Part shown: piece after piece, positions 27,376 through 39,069 of the stretch
How the letters are laid out: each line of letters starts with the position of its first letter
How positions within the stretch are numbered: position 1 is the stretch's first letter
Origin: an uncultured Chloroflexia bacterium
GTDB taxonomy: Bacteria; Chloroflexota; Limnocylindria; Limnocylindrales; CSP1-4
Assembly (NCBI GenBank): GCA_963764975.1
Contig: CAVXUF010000002.1
Span: forward strand, 75,894-139,893
Reading direction: 5' to 3'
DNA length: 64,000 nucleotides
Notes under the pieces: generated by a model
Told to the model about the DNA's origin: nothing
The model's input: only the letters and a program-made list of their open reading frames with translations
Databases searched by the model: none
Program-made: the position numbers and the translations under genes

Positions 27376-28871
27376 GCGTCGTGGGTCCGCGACTCCAGCC
27401 GACCCTCTTCGAGCGGGGACGCTCCGGACGCGGTGGCGGGAAGATCCCGCACCCGCCCAAAGATGCGCTGGACCGGATCCCGGCAGCGGCGCTTCGCACC
27501 GATGCCCCGGCACTCCCCGAGATGAACGAACCGGACGTCGTCCGCCACTACGTCAACCTCAGCCAGCTCAACTACGCGGTGGACACGGGCTTCTACCCGC
27601 TCGGCTCGTGCACGATGAAGTTCAACCCGAAGCTCAACGAATGGGCGGCCCGGCTCCCCGGCTTCGCGACGCTCCACCCGATGGCCCCCGACGAGGTCGC
27701 CCAGGGGACGCTCCAGCTCCTGTGGGAACTGGAGGTCGCCCTCGCGGAGATCTCCGGGATGCGCGCGGTCACGCTCCAGCCGGCGGCCGGCGCCCAGGGC
27801 GAACTCACGGGGATCCTGATGATCCGGGCGTATCACCGCGCCCGCGGCGACATGGAGCGGGACGAGGTCCTCGTCCCTGATTCGAGCCATGGGACGAATC
27901 CGGCCACCGCGAGCATGGCCGGCTATCGGACGATCACCGTCCGTTCGGCAGCCGATGGCGGGGTGGATATCGACGCGTTCAAGGCGGCGCTGGGGCCGCG
28001 CACGGCCGCCGTGATGATCACCAACCCCTCGACGCTCGGCCTGTTCGAGACGCGGATCGGCGAGCTGCTCGATGCCGTCCACGAGGCCGGCGCGCTGGCG
28101 TACATGGACGGGGCCAACCTCAACGCGATCATGGGTCGCTTCAAGCCTGGCGAAGCTGGCTTCGACGTGATGCACTTCAACGTGCACAAGACGTTCTCGA
28201 CGCCGCACGGCGGGGGAGGCCCGGGTGCCGGCCCCGTCGGCGTCGGCTCGAAGCTGTTGCCGTACCTGCCCGAACCGCGCGTCCTGCGCACAGATGACGG
28301 TGCCTTCCGGCTCGAGCGCACCGGGGAGCGAGCCACGTCGGTCGGGCGGCTGCGCAGCTTCGTCGGCAACACGGGCGTGCTCGTGCGCGCGTACGCCTAC
28401 ATCTGCGCGCACGGCGCGAGCGGCCTGGCCGAGGTCAGTGATGACGCCGTGCTGGCCGCCAACTACCTCAAGGCCAGGCTGGCAGACACGTTCGACCTTC
28501 CGTACGAGCGCCACTGCAAGCACGAGTTCGTGGCGTCGGCGGCCACGATCAAGGCGCAGACCGGCGTACGCACGCTCGACATCGCCAAACGGCTCATCGA
28601 CTACGGCTTCCACCCGCCGACCATCTACTTCCCCTTGATCGTCGACGAAGGGATGCTCATCGAGCCCACGGAGACCGAGTCGGTCGAGACGCTCGACGCG
28701 TTCGTGGACGCGCTGGTCGCGATCGCGGCGGAAGCGCGGACCGATCCCGGGCTTGTGACCGGCGCACCCCACGCGGCTCCGGTGAAGCGCCTCGACGAGG
28801 CGACCGCGGCCCGTCATCCCAATCTACGCTGGCGTCCGATGACCGGCCAGCAGACGCCCTGCCCGGACTGA
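27372..28871 (+). CDS. gcvPB: Glycine dehydrogenase (decarboxylating) subunit 2
   Basis: ..GSCTMKFNPK.., ..HFNVHKTFSTPHGGGGPGAGPVGV.. (PLP-lysine context); ATGA overlap with gcvPA. Confidence 0.9.
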   Translation: MSVVGPRLQPTLFERGRSGRGGGKIPHPPKDALDRIPAAALRTDAPALPEMNEPDVVRHYVNLSQLNYAVDTGFYPLGSCTMKFNPKLNEWAARLPGFATLHPMAPDEVAQGTLQLLWELEVALAEISGMRAVTLQPAAGAQGELTGILMIRAYHRARGDMERDEVLVPDSSHGTNPATASMAGYRTITVRSAADGGVDIDAFKAALGPRTAAVMITNPSTLGLFETRIGELLDAVHEAGALAYMDGANLNAIMGRFKPGEAGFDVMHFNVHKTFSTPHGGGGPGAGPVGVGSKLLPYLPEPRVLRTDDGAFRLERTGERATSVGRLRSFVGNTGVLVRAYAYICAHGASGLAEVSDDAVLAANYLKARLADTFDLPYERHCKHEFVASAATIKAQTGVRTLDIAKRLIDYGFHPPTIYFPLIVDEGMLIEPTETESVETLDAFVDALVAIAAEARTDPGLVTGAPHAAPVKRLDEATAARHPNLRWRPMTGQQTPCPD

Positions 28872-28893
28872 TCGCCGCATCAGGCCCAACCGT

Positions 28894-28946
28894 ACGAACG
28901 TTCGTTAGGTCGGGTGGTTGACAGGCCCGCGAGCGCTGTGGATAGT
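28894..28946 (+). promoter_or_regulatory. 12-bp palindrome ACGAACGTTCGT plus sigma70-like promoter TTGACA-17-GATAGT
   Basis: Palindrome at 28894..28905, 12 nt upstream of TTGACA (28918..28923); -10-like GATAGT at 28941..28946. A ~165-nt leader follows before ATG 29114. Confidence 0.4.
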
Positions 28947-29113
28947 ACCGGCAGCGCACTGACCGACCCGTGCCGTCGCCTCGGCTCGCCTCGAATCAGA
29001 CCGAGTGGGAGACTCGATCAGGAACGAGAGCGGGACCTCAGCGGCATCGCAGGGCAGGGCGGGACAGGGCCGTGGGAGAGACATCGGGTATCCACCCGTT
29101 CGGAGGACAGTTG

Positions 29114-31135
29114 ATGCAGAAACGTCTATTCGGGCTGCTCGTGACGGCCGTCATGGTCGCCGTCGCATGCGGTGGCACCACGCCGTCGAGTGCGGCACCG
29201 TCGAGCGGCGCCTCGTCGGCCCCGTCCGAAACGCCGAGCGAAGCACCAACCGGCGGTGATTTCACCTTCGTCGTCGACAGCGAGCCGACCACCCTGGCCG
29301 GCAGCCCCGACGATCTACCCACCTCGTGGATCACGGGCTTCATCTACACGGCCCTGTACCAGCCGAACTACAAGGTCGAGTACGTGCCGCTGGCCGCTGA
29401 CGGCCTGCCGGTCACCTCCGCTGACGGCCTGACCTGGGACGTCAAGCTCAAGGAGGGCATCACATTCCATGACGGCTCCCCGCTGACGGCGGAGGACGTC
29501 AAGTTCAGCTTCGACCTGCTGGCGTCGCCGAACTGCCGGACGAACCCGGACGGCTGCTCGTCGATCGCGGACAACGTCGCATCGGTCGAGGTCGTCGACC
29601 CGCTCAACGTCCGCTTCGTGCTCAAGCAGAAGTTCGCGCCGTTCATCTCGAGCGGTCTCGGCTCCCTGATCCTCCCGAAGAAGGCGATCGAGGAGTCCTT
29701 CGCGCGCTTCCAGGCGGCGGCCGGCCAGGTGGCCAAGGCCGACGTCACGGCGCTCGTCGACAAGATCGCGGCCGAGACCTCGGCCGAGAACCCACTGTGC
29801 GCGGTCGAAGATCCGGCCACGCTGCCCGCGAGCTGCATGTTCGCGACCTACACCGCCGAGATCGAGGCCATGCTGGGCAAGGCCGGGATCGAGCTGGTCA
29901 ACAAGGCCGGCTTCAACGTCGGTGGCGAGAGCGGGACCGATTTCGACCCTGAGGCCTATGCCCAGGGGATCTCCGCTCAGCTGACCGACCTGAACACGAC
30001 CCTTGGCGCGACAGCGATCGATCAGATCGCGGCTGCCCAGAAGATCATCGACTTCGGCAAGAACCCGATCGGGGCCGGGCCGTACAAGTTCGTGAAGTAC
30101 AACGCCGGTGAGAACGTCGAGCTCGCCCGCTACGACGACTACTTCGGCGGTGGCACCAACGTCGACCCCAGCAAGATCCCGGCGAAGGCCTTCGCCGTCG
30201 TCATCCGCAGCTCGGCTGCGGCCACATCGGCGCTCGGCAATGACGAGATCCAATGGCAGCAGAAGATCGAGTCCGACGCGTATCTGACGGTCAAGGACAA
30301 CCCGAACGTCCAGATCGCCGAGTACCCGGACAACGGCTACTTCTACATCGGGTTCAACCTCCGCGAGGGGCACCTCTACGCTGACAAGGCCCTCCGCGAA
30401 GCGTTCTCGATGTGCATCGACCACGTCAAGACCGTCGAGGTCGCGACCGGTGGCAACGGTGTCCCGGTCCAGGCAAACATCCCGCCGTTCTCGTGGGCCT
30501 ACAACCCCGATGTCAAGCCGTACACGCTCGACATCCCCGGAGCGAAGGCCAAGATCGAGGGTTCGGGCTGGGCGCTCGGCGCCGACGGCGTCTATGCGAA
30601 GGACGGCACGCGCCTGTCCTCGATCCTGTATGTCCGGGTCGGCCGGCCGCAGCGTCTCGCGTTCGCCGAGCTCGCCCGCGACCAGCTCAAGGAGTGCGGC
30701 ATCGAGGTCGTGGTGCAGGAAGCCGACCTCAACACCGTCCTGATCCCGAAGGTGCTGGATTTCCCCAACGACTTCGAGACCTACCTCGGTGGCTGGTCGA
30801 CCGCGCTCGATCCGGACGACTACTCCATCTTCCATAGCTCCGAGATCCCCAACAAGGACATGATCTCGGCCAACAACTTCCCGGGCTGGAAGAACGCCCG
30901 CGCCGACGAGCTGCTCGAGAACGGTCGCACCGAGCTCGACCAGACCAAGCGCAAGGCGATCTACAGCGAATTCATGGCCCTCATCCACGATGAGCTGCCG
31001 TACTACTTCCTGTGGGCGGACAAGGCCCACACGGGGCTGTCCAATCGGGTGAGCTCGCAGAACGAGCCGCTCGACCTGACCAGCGTCGGCATCAACTACT
31101 ACAACACGGACGCCTGGACCGTCGCTGCGAAGTAA
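29114..31135 (+). CDS. ABC transporter substrate-binding lipoprotein, peptide/nickel (family 5) type
   Basis: Signal peptide with lipobox MQKRLFGLLVTAVMVAVAC-GG and a Ser/Pro-rich linker, then a family-5 SBP-like body. RBS CGGAGGA before ATG 29114. Confidence 0.85.
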   Translation: MQKRLFGLLVTAVMVAVACGGTTPSSAAPSSGASSAPSETPSEAPTGGDFTFVVDSEPTTLAGSPDDLPTSWITGFIYTALYQPNYKVEYVPLAADGLPVTSADGLTWDVKLKEGITFHDGSPLTAEDVKFSFDLLASPNCRTNPDGCSSIADNVASVEVVDPLNVRFVLKQKFAPFISSGLGSLILPKKAIEESFARFQAAAGQVAKADVTALVDKIAAETSAENPLCAVEDPATLPASCMFATYTAEIEAMLGKAGIELVNKAGFNVGGESGTDFDPEAYAQGISAQLTDLNTTLGATAIDQIAAAQKIIDFGKNPIGAGPYKFVKYNAGENVELARYDDYFGGGTNVDPSKIPAKAFAVVIRSSAAATSALGNDEIQWQQKIESDAYLTVKDNPNVQIAEYPDNGYFYIGFNLREGHLYADKALREAFSMCIDHVKTVEVATGGNGVPVQANIPPFSWAYNPDVKPYTLDIPGAKAKIEGSGWALGADGVYAKDGTRLSSILYVRVGRPQRLAFAELARDQLKECGIEVVVQEADLNTVLIPKVLDFPNDFETYLGGWSTALDPDDYSIFHSSEIPNKDMISANNFPGWKNARADELLENGRTELDQTKRKAIYSEFMALIHDELPYYFLWADKAHTGLSNRVSSQNEPLDLTSVGINYYNTDAWTVAAK

Positions 31136-31168
31136 GCGTCGGTCCTAGCGGACCCAGCAACGCCGATG

Positions 31169-31197
31169 CGGGCGGTGGCGATCCTCGCCACCGCCCG
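31169..31197 (+). other. Intra-operon stem-loop after the binding-protein gene
   Basis: CGGGCGGTGGCG-atcct-CGCCACCGCCCG: a 12-bp perfect stem with no U-tract. Confidence 0.4.
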
Positions 31198-31265
31198 TGT
31201 CATACCATGCACCAGGGACGCGCCACGGCTCACGATGGGCTTTCGCTCGGAGGAACGGAGCAGGC

Positions 31266-32228
31266 ATGGCCACGTACGTTCTTCGCCGCCTGATCCAGGC
31301 CATCCCGATCCTGATCGGGATCAGCGTGGTCTCCTTCGTCATCATCAACGTCGCCCCGGGTGACCCCACCGATCGGTTCCGCTCCGGCCGGGTCTCGGCG
31401 GAGACGATCGCCAACCTCGTCCGCCTCTACGGCCTCGACAAGCCCCTGCCGGAGCAGTTCGTCAGCTGGTTCGTGGCCTTCTGGCAGTTCCCGTTCCGGG
31501 TGGACGCGTGGGGCTATTCCTTCGTCGACGGGCGCCCGGTCGTCGAGAAGATCTTCGAGAAGATCCCGACGACACTTCAATTGATGGGCACATCGCTGAT
31601 CGTGACGATGATCGTCTCGATCCCGCTGGGCGTGCTCGCCGCGGTCAAGCAGTACAGCTGGGCGGACAAGATCATCACGACGACGGCGACCATCGGGTAC
31701 GCGCTCCCATCGTTCGTCCTGGGCCTGCTGCTGCTGTACATCTTCGCCATCAAGCTGAACCTGTTCCCGTCATTCGGACGGCACACCCTCGGCAAGGAGG
31801 GTGACTTCGGGGACTTCGTGTGGCACCTGGTCCTGCCGGTCAGCAGTCTCGCCATCCAACAGATCGCGGGCTGGAGCCGATACATGCGCTCGTCCATGCT
31901 CGAGGTGCTGCAGCAGGACTACATCCGGACCGCCCGCGCCAAGGGCTTGGCGAGTTCGCGGGTGCTGTTCAAGCACGCGCTGCGAAACGCGCTGCTGCCG
32001 GTGATCACGCTCCTCGGGCTCTCGCTGCCGAGCCTCCTGGCCGGCGCCGCGATCACCGAGTCCATCTTCTCGTGGCCCGGTCTCGGGTTCATGGCCGTGG
32101 ACAGCGTCACCACCAATGACTTCCCGGTCATCCTCGCGATCGTGATGATCGGCGGCGTACTGGTCCTCCTGGGGAATCTCCTTGCCGACGTCCTTTACGG
32201 GCTCGTCGATCCGCGGATCAAGTACTGA
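31266..32228 (+). CDS. ABC transporter permease (DppB/OppB-like)
   Basis: MATYVLRRLIQAIPILIGISVVSFVIINVAPGDP N-terminus and the EAA-loop region ..DYIRTARAKGL...V..KHALRNALLPV.. Confidence 0.9.
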   Translation: MATYVLRRLIQAIPILIGISVVSFVIINVAPGDPTDRFRSGRVSAETIANLVRLYGLDKPLPEQFVSWFVAFWQFPFRVDAWGYSFVDGRPVVEKIFEKIPTTLQLMGTSLIVTMIVSIPLGVLAAVKQYSWADKIITTTATIGYALPSFVLGLLLLYIFAIKLNLFPSFGRHTLGKEGDFGDFVWHLVLPVSSLAIQQIAGWSRYMRSSMLEVLQQDYIRTARAKGLASSRVLFKHALRNALLPVITLLGLSLPSLLAGAAITESIFSWPGLGFMAVDSVTTNDFPVILAIVMIGGVLVLLGNLLADVLYGLVDPRIKY

Positions 32229-32236
32229 GGCGCAGC

Positions 32237-33172
32237 ATGGAACGAACCGGCGAGATCACCGCGACAAGACTCGGGACGGCGCCAGCCGGCGAACCGGACG
32301 AGATCGACCTGATCCCGGTTCGGACCTACTGGCAATTGGTCCGGCAGCGATTCCTGCGCCACCGCCTGGCCGTCATCGCGCTCTTCCTGATGGGGGCCAT
32401 GGTCGCCTTGGCGGTCATCGTGCCGACCTTGACCGGGGAGGCCTATGCGAAGACCAGCCTCTCGAAGTCGATGCTCCCGCCATCGTTCGAGGCGATCCTC
32501 GGGACCAACCAGATCGGCCAGGACCTGTTCCTGCGTCTGATGAAGGGCCTCCAGACCTCGCTGTTCATCGGGTTCATGGCGGTCGCCATCATCGCGGCGA
32601 TCGGCGTCACGCTCGGGGCGATCGCCGGCTACTACGGCGGCTGGATCGACAACGTGATCATGCGCTTCGTTGACATCATCCTTTCGCTGCCGATCTTCTT
32701 CATGATCCTGATCATCGTGGCGATCCTCGGAAAGGGTTCAGCCCTGGTCGTGATCATCGCCATCGGTCTCACCGGCTGGACGCTCGCGTGCCGTCTCGTT
32801 CGAGCCGAGTTCCTCAAGTTGCGCGAGGCGGACTTCGTCCAGGCCGCGCGTGCCCTCGGCGCGTCGAACCGGCGGATCATCGCCCGGCACATCCTGCCGG
32901 CGGCACTGGCTCCCGTGGTCGTCGCGGCCACGCTGGGTGTCGCCGACTCCGTGGTCGCGGAGGCGGCCCTCTCGTTCCTCGGCTTCGGTATCAGCCCGCC
33001 GGACGCGAGCCTTGGCAACCTCCTCAAGAACTTCCAGGAAGACATGCTCGTCCGAGCCCACATCCTGCTCTACCCGGCGGTGACGATCGTGCTGGTGGTC
33101 CTCGCCTCGAGCTTCCTCGGGGATGGGCTGCGCGACGCCCTCGATCCTCGCCAGCGGGTGGAAGGGGCATGA
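32237..33172 (+). CDS. ABC transporter permease (DppC/OppC-like)
   Basis: ..READFVQAARALGASNRRIIARHILP.. EAA-loop; polytopic. Confidence 0.9.
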   Translation: MERTGEITATRLGTAPAGEPDEIDLIPVRTYWQLVRQRFLRHRLAVIALFLMGAMVALAVIVPTLTGEAYAKTSLSKSMLPPSFEAILGTNQIGQDLFLRLMKGLQTSLFIGFMAVAIIAAIGVTLGAIAGYYGGWIDNVIMRFVDIILSLPIFFMILIIVAILGKGSALVVIIAIGLTGWTLACRLVRAEFLKLREADFVQAARALGASNRRIIARHILPAALAPVVVAATLGVADSVVAEAALSFLGFGISPPDASLGNLLKNFQEDMLVRAHILLYPAVTIVLVVLASSFLGDGLRDALDPRQRVEGA

Positions 33173-34281
33173 CGGCGTCGACCCGCCACGGGACGCGCAC
33201 CGAGCGACGGGACCCGACCCAGCCCCTGCTCAAGATCGATGACCTTCGGACGCACTTCTTCACCCAGGACGGGGTCGTGAAGGCCGTGGACGGGGTCTCG
33301 ATGGCGATCGGCGACGGGAAGACGCTCGGTGTGGTGGGTGAATCCGGGTGCGGGAAGAGCGTCACGGCCATGTCGGTGCTCCGCCTCGTCGGTCGTCCGG
33401 GTCGGATCGTCACCGGGCGGATCCTGCTTGACGGTCTGGACCTCGTGACGATGTCCGAGGACGACATCCGGGACGTCCGCGGGAACTCGATCGCGATGAT
33501 CTTCCAGGAGCCGATGACCTCGCTCAACCCGGTCTTCACGTGCGGTGACCAGATCGCCGAGACCGTCGCGCTCCATCTCGACCTGGACCGCGGGGCGGCG
33601 ATGGAACGGGCGATCGAGATGCTCGGTCTCGTCGGGATCCCCGACGCCAAGCGCCGGGCCCGCGAGTACCCGCACCAGTTGTCGGGCGGCATGCGTCAGC
33701 GCGTGATGATCGCGATGGCCCTCTCCACGAACCCCGCCCTCCTGATCGCGGACGAACCCACGACCGCGCTCGATGTCACCATCCAGGCGCAGATCCTCGA
33801 ACTCATGAAGGAGATGCGCACCCGCAACCGCATGGCGATCATGCTCATCACGCACGATCTCGGCGTCGTCGCCGAGATGGCGGACGACGTGGTCGTGATG
33901 TACGCCGGCAAGATCGTCGAGCAGGCGACCGCGACGACCGTCTTCGAGCAGCCACATCACCCCTACACGAAGGGCCTGCTGGCTTCGATCCCGGTGCTCG
34001 GCGAGAAGCGCGAGCGACTGGCGGTCATCAAAGGCACGGTTCCCAACCCCCTGAACCTGCCGTCGGGCTGCCTGTTCAAGCGTCGTTGCCCGTACGCGAT
34101 GCCGATCTGTGACACGCCACCACCGCTCCAGCAGGTGGAGCCGGGGCACCTGTCGCGCTGCTGGTTGACGCCGGCCGGTGAGCCACCGGCCGTCGGGGCG
34201 GCCGCGCCGCCGGACGAGGCGGAAGCGGCCGCCGTCGCGCTGTCCGTCGAGGCCCGCCCGGCCGTTGGAGCCCTCGCGTGA
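33169..34281 (+). CDS. ABC transporter ATP-binding protein (DppD/OppD-like)
   Basis: Walker A GESGCGKS, signature LSGGMRQR, Walker [13 protein letters not shown], and an oligopeptide-type C-terminal domain with Cys motif. ATGA overlap. Confidence 0.9.
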   Translation: MTASTRHGTRTERRDPTQPLLKIDDLRTHFFTQDGVVKAVDGVSMAIGDGKTLGVVGESGCGKSVTAMSVLRLVGRPGRIVTGRILLDGLDLVTMSEDDIRDVRGNSIAMIFQEPMTSLNPVFTCGDQIAETVALHLDLDRGAAMERAIEMLGLVGIPDAKRRAREYPHQLSGGMRQRVMIAMALSTNPALLIADEPTTALDVTIQAQILELMKEMRTRNRMAIMLITHDLGVVAEMADDVVVMYAGKIVEQATATTVFEQPHHPYTKGLLASIPVLGEKRERLAVIKGTVPNPLNLPSGCLFKRRCPYAMPICDTPPPLQQVEPGHLSRCWLTPAGEPPAVGAAAPPDEAEAAAVALSVEARPAVGALA

Positions 34282-35348
34282 GCGGCGACACGCTCGTCGA
34301 GGTCAAGGACCTCGTCAAGCACTTCGAGATCCGGGGCGGGTTGCTCGGTGGTCGGAAGATCGGAGCGGTGCGCGCGGTCGACGGCGTCAGCTTCGAGGTG
34401 AAACGAGGAGAGACGCTTGGCCTGGTGGGGGAATCAGGCTGCGGGAAGACCACGCTCGGCAAGGTCCTGCTGCGGCTCATCCCGCCCACGTCGGGCAAGG
34501 TGATCGTCAAGGGCCGATCGATCTTCGAGTTGGACTCCAAGGCGATGGTCGAGGTCCGGCGCGACATGCAGATCGTGTTCCAGGACCCCTATGCGAGCCT
34601 GAACCCGCGGATGACCGTCGGCGAGATCGTCGGCGAGGGTCCGTACGTGCACGGTCTGAAGGCCAAGGCCGAGCGCGAGGAATTGGTCCGCGAGCTGCTC
34701 GCGCGCGTCGGCCTGAACCAGAGCCACATCCACCGGTATCCGCACGAGTTCTCCGGTGGCCAGCGGCAGCGGATCGGGATCGCGAGGGCGCTCGCGCTCA
34801 ACCCGGAGTTCATCGTCTGCGACGAGCCGGTCTCGGCCCTTGACGTGTCGATCCAGAGCCAGGTGCTCAACCTGCTCGACGACCTCCAGCAGGAGCTCGG
34901 GCTCACGTACCTGTTCATCGCGCACAACCTCGCGGTCGTCGAGCACATCAGCGACCGGGTCGGAGTCATGTATCTCGGCAAGCTCGTCGAGGTCGCCGGC
35001 GTCGATGAGCTCTACGCCCAGCCCGCGCACCCGTACACCGTCGCGCTGCTGTCGGCCGTCCCCGAGACAGATCCCCGCAAGCGCAAGAAGCGCCTGGTCC
35101 TCAAGGGTGACGTCCCGTCCCCCGCGAACCCGCCATCGGGCTGCCGCTTCCACACGCGGTGCTGGCTGCGCGAGAGCCTCGGGAACCCGGAGCGCTGCGC
35201 GACCGAGGACCCGCCGCTCCGGGAGGTTCGCCCGTCCCAACAGGTGGCTTGTCACTTCAGCGAGGACATCACCCCCGCCACGATCGAGGCGGCCAGTCAA
35301 CGTCCGGCGACGGCGACGACGGCCCCCGCGCAGGCAGCGGTGAGCTGA
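34278..35348 (+). CDS. ABC transporter ATP-binding protein (DppF/OppF-like)
   Basis: [29 protein letters not shown]; GTGA overlap. Confidence 0.9.
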   Translation: MSGDTLVEVKDLVKHFEIRGGLLGGRKIGAVRAVDGVSFEVKRGETLGLVGESGCGKTTLGKVLLRLIPPTSGKVIVKGRSIFELDSKAMVEVRRDMQIVFQDPYASLNPRMTVGEIVGEGPYVHGLKAKAEREELVRELLARVGLNQSHIHRYPHEFSGGQRQRIGIARALALNPEFIVCDEPVSALDVSIQSQVLNLLDDLQQELGLTYLFIAHNLAVVEHISDRVGVMYLGKLVEVAGVDELYAQPAHPYTVALLSAVPETDPRKRKKRLVLKGDVPSPANPPSGCRFHTRCWLRESLGNPERCATEDPPLREVRPSQQVACHFSEDITPATIEAASQRPATATTAPAQAAVS

Positions 35349-35374
35349 CGGACCAGGACGACGGCGGGGACCCG

Positions 35375-35941
35375 ATGGCGACGCGGCGATCGGTCAGTGA
35401 ACGCGCCGCTCAGCGCGACCGGATGGAGCAGGCGGGGCGTGACCGCTACTCGAGTCTGCTGCGCACGCTCCAGGCCGGTCAGGAGCTGCCCTGGCAGCGC
35501 CGGAACGGCCCACGGCTCGCGTGGCACCCGATCGCCACCACGCTCATCCGGGCCGCCATCCTCGGGATCCTCCTCTGGCTCGCGGTCACGGCGGTGGCTT
35601 CCTTCCTGCGTGAGGTCCGTGTCGATACCTGGTCGGGCTCAGGGCCGGCCGTCACCTCGGGCCAGCGCCTTGAGGGATGCACGCTCGCGGGCCGTGTCAC
35701 CGACGGCCTGTTCCCGAACTGGATCCGGTTCGAAGGCCGCGTCTACCTGCTCGCGGACTCGATCCGGCCCATGGGGTTCGCGCCGGACCCGGACTTCCCG
35801 TCGGCCGGCTACCGGCTCGGGGCGATGGAGCTGTTCCGGGTCGTGAACACGCCCGACGGCCAGGACGGCCAGGTCATCCTCGTCAGACTCGAGACGTCGG
35901 CGGTGGGGCAGGTCTATCGCGTCGAGCCTGCGTGCTCCTGA
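35375..35941 (+). CDS. Hypothetical single-pass membrane protein
   Basis: 188 aa with a basic N-terminus, one TM (AAILGILLWLAVTAVASFL) and a ~110-aa exported domain. Begins 27 nt after the ATPase stop. No family recognised. Confidence 0.55.
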   Translation: MATRRSVSERAAQRDRMEQAGRDRYSSLLRTLQAGQELPWQRRNGPRLAWHPIATTLIRAAILGILLWLAVTAVASFLREVRVDTWSGSGPAVTSGQRLEGCTLAGRVTDGLFPNWIRFEGRVYLLADSIRPMGFAPDPDFPSAGYRLGAMELFRVVNTPDGQDGQVILVRLETSAVGQVYRVEPACS

Positions 35942-35986
35942 AGGCGTCCCGAGTCCGCTGACGGGTCCCATGGTGGGCTTCGGGTC

Positions 35987-37020
35987 CTAGGCGGTGAGGG
36001 GCGTCGTCGATGCCTCGGCCGCGTGTTCGGCCTCGCGACGGAAGTGGCACGCGCATTCGTGGCCGTGGCCATCGTCGTCGAGGATCGGGATGGTCGTTGC
36101 ACAGATGGCCGGGTCGCCCAGGCTCGTCCGCAACGGGCAGCGCGGGTGGAACCGGCAACCCATCGGCGGGTTCACCGGGCTGGGGACGTCACCCTTGAGG
36201 ATCACGCGTTGGCGGTGCTGCGTGGGATCGGGGATGGGGATCGCCGACATCAGGGCCTGGGTGTAGGGGTGTGCCTGCTGACGGAAGAGGTCATCGCGCG
36301 GCGCCAGCTCCGCGATCCGACCCAGGTACATGACCGCGACGCGATCGCTGATGTGCTCCACGACACCGAGGTTGTGGGCGACGAACACGTAGGTCAGTTG
36401 CAGTTCTCGCTGGAGCTGTTTGAGCAAGTTGAGGACCTGCGCCTGGATGGACACATCAAGGGCCGAGACCGGCTCGTCGCAGACCACGAGGTCCGGCTCG
36501 AGGACGAGGGCCCGGGCGATCCCGATCCGCTGACGCTGGCCACCACTGAACTCGTGGGGATAGCGACGGGCGTGGTACGGCATCAGGCCCACCATGTCCA
36601 TCATCCGCTTCACCTTGACGCGCCGTTCTTCCGCGCTCCCGATGGCGTGGATGCGCAGACCCTCACCGATGCTGTCGCCGATGGGCGTGCGCGGGTCCAG
36701 GCTCGAGTACGGGTCCTGGAAGATGATCTGCATCCGCCGTCGGTAGGGCTTGAGCGCGCCGCCCTTCAGGGCCGTGATATCCACGCCGTCGAAGCGGATG
36801 GTGCCCGCGGTCGGGTCGATGAGGCGGAGCAACAGTCGCCCGACCGTGGTCTTGCCGCAGCCCGACTCCCCGACCAGTCCGAGCGTCTCGCCACGGGCGA
36901 TATCGAAGCTGACCCCATCGACCGCCGAGACCACGGCGACGGCCCGCTGCAGGATCCCGCCGCGCACCGGGAACTCCTTGACGAGGTTGCGGACCTCGAC
37001 GAGCGGCGCCGACGATCCAG

Positions 37021-37024
<4 letters not shown>
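35987..37024 (-). CDS. ABC transporter ATP-binding protein (OppF-like)
   Basis: [32 protein letters not shown] 37024 forms a GTGA overlap with the upstream stop; the longer ORF to 37387 is an artefact. Confidence 0.9.
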
Positions 37025-38120
<1,096 letters not shown>

Positions 38121-38124
<4 letters not shown>

Positions 38125-39068
38125 CGGTTCAGCCGCGGGTCGAGGGCGTCACGCAGGCCGTCACCCAGCAGGTTGAACGCCAGCACGGAGAACGCGAGCG
38201 CGAGCCCCGGGAACAGGACGAGGTGCGGGGCGACGAACATCGTGTTGCGCGCGAGCCCGATCATCGAACCCCACTCCGCCTGGGGTGGCTGTGCGCCGAG
38301 GCCGAGGAACGAGAGCGCCGCGACGTCGAGGACGGCGGCCGCGATGCCGAGCGTGCCCTGGACGATGAGCGGCGTCAGCGCGTTCGGGATGATCCGACGG
38401 GTCAGCATCCCGGCGCCCGACTCGCCAAGGGCCCGGGACGCGGTCACGAAGTCTCGCTCGCGGATGGAGAGCACCGACGCCCGCATGATGCGCGCATAGA
38501 TCGGGATGGCCACGATCCCGATCGCGAACTGCGCGTTGAGCAGTCCCGATCCGACCACGGTCACGATCGCGATCGCCAGGAGCAGGGCCGGGAACGCGAG
38601 AAGGACGTCCATGACCCGCATGAACAGGTTGTCGACCTTGCCGCCCATGTAGCCGGCGACCGAACCGATGGACCCACCGATGATGATCGCGAACCCGACC
38701 GTCAGAAACCCGATCTGCAGCGAGACACGCGTCCCGTGGACGACGCGGCTGAAGACATCGCGGACGTTGCCGTCGATCCCGAAGTAGTGCTGGGGCTCAG
38801 TGATCGGGCATCCCAGGACGTGGATGCAGGGCGCCGCGAGCTTCTTGGCGCCCTCCTCGACCCCGATCAGGATCTGGTCAGGGTCGTGCGTGGCGATGAC
38901 GTCGGCGAGGATCGCGACGAGGACCAGGAACGTCAGGATCACCGTCCCGAAGATCGCGTTCCGCTGACGCAGGACGTTCCCGAGCGTGTCGCGCCAGATG
39001 GATCCTCGCTCGGCGCGACTCGCCTCCTCGCGCAGCAGGTCTTCGGCAGGAGCCACGGTCTGCGTCAT
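38121..39068 (-). CDS. ABC transporter permease (OppC-like)
   Basis: ..RERDFVTASRALGESGAGMLTRRIIPN.. EAA-loop; polytopic. Confidence 0.9.
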
Positions 39069-39069
39069 C

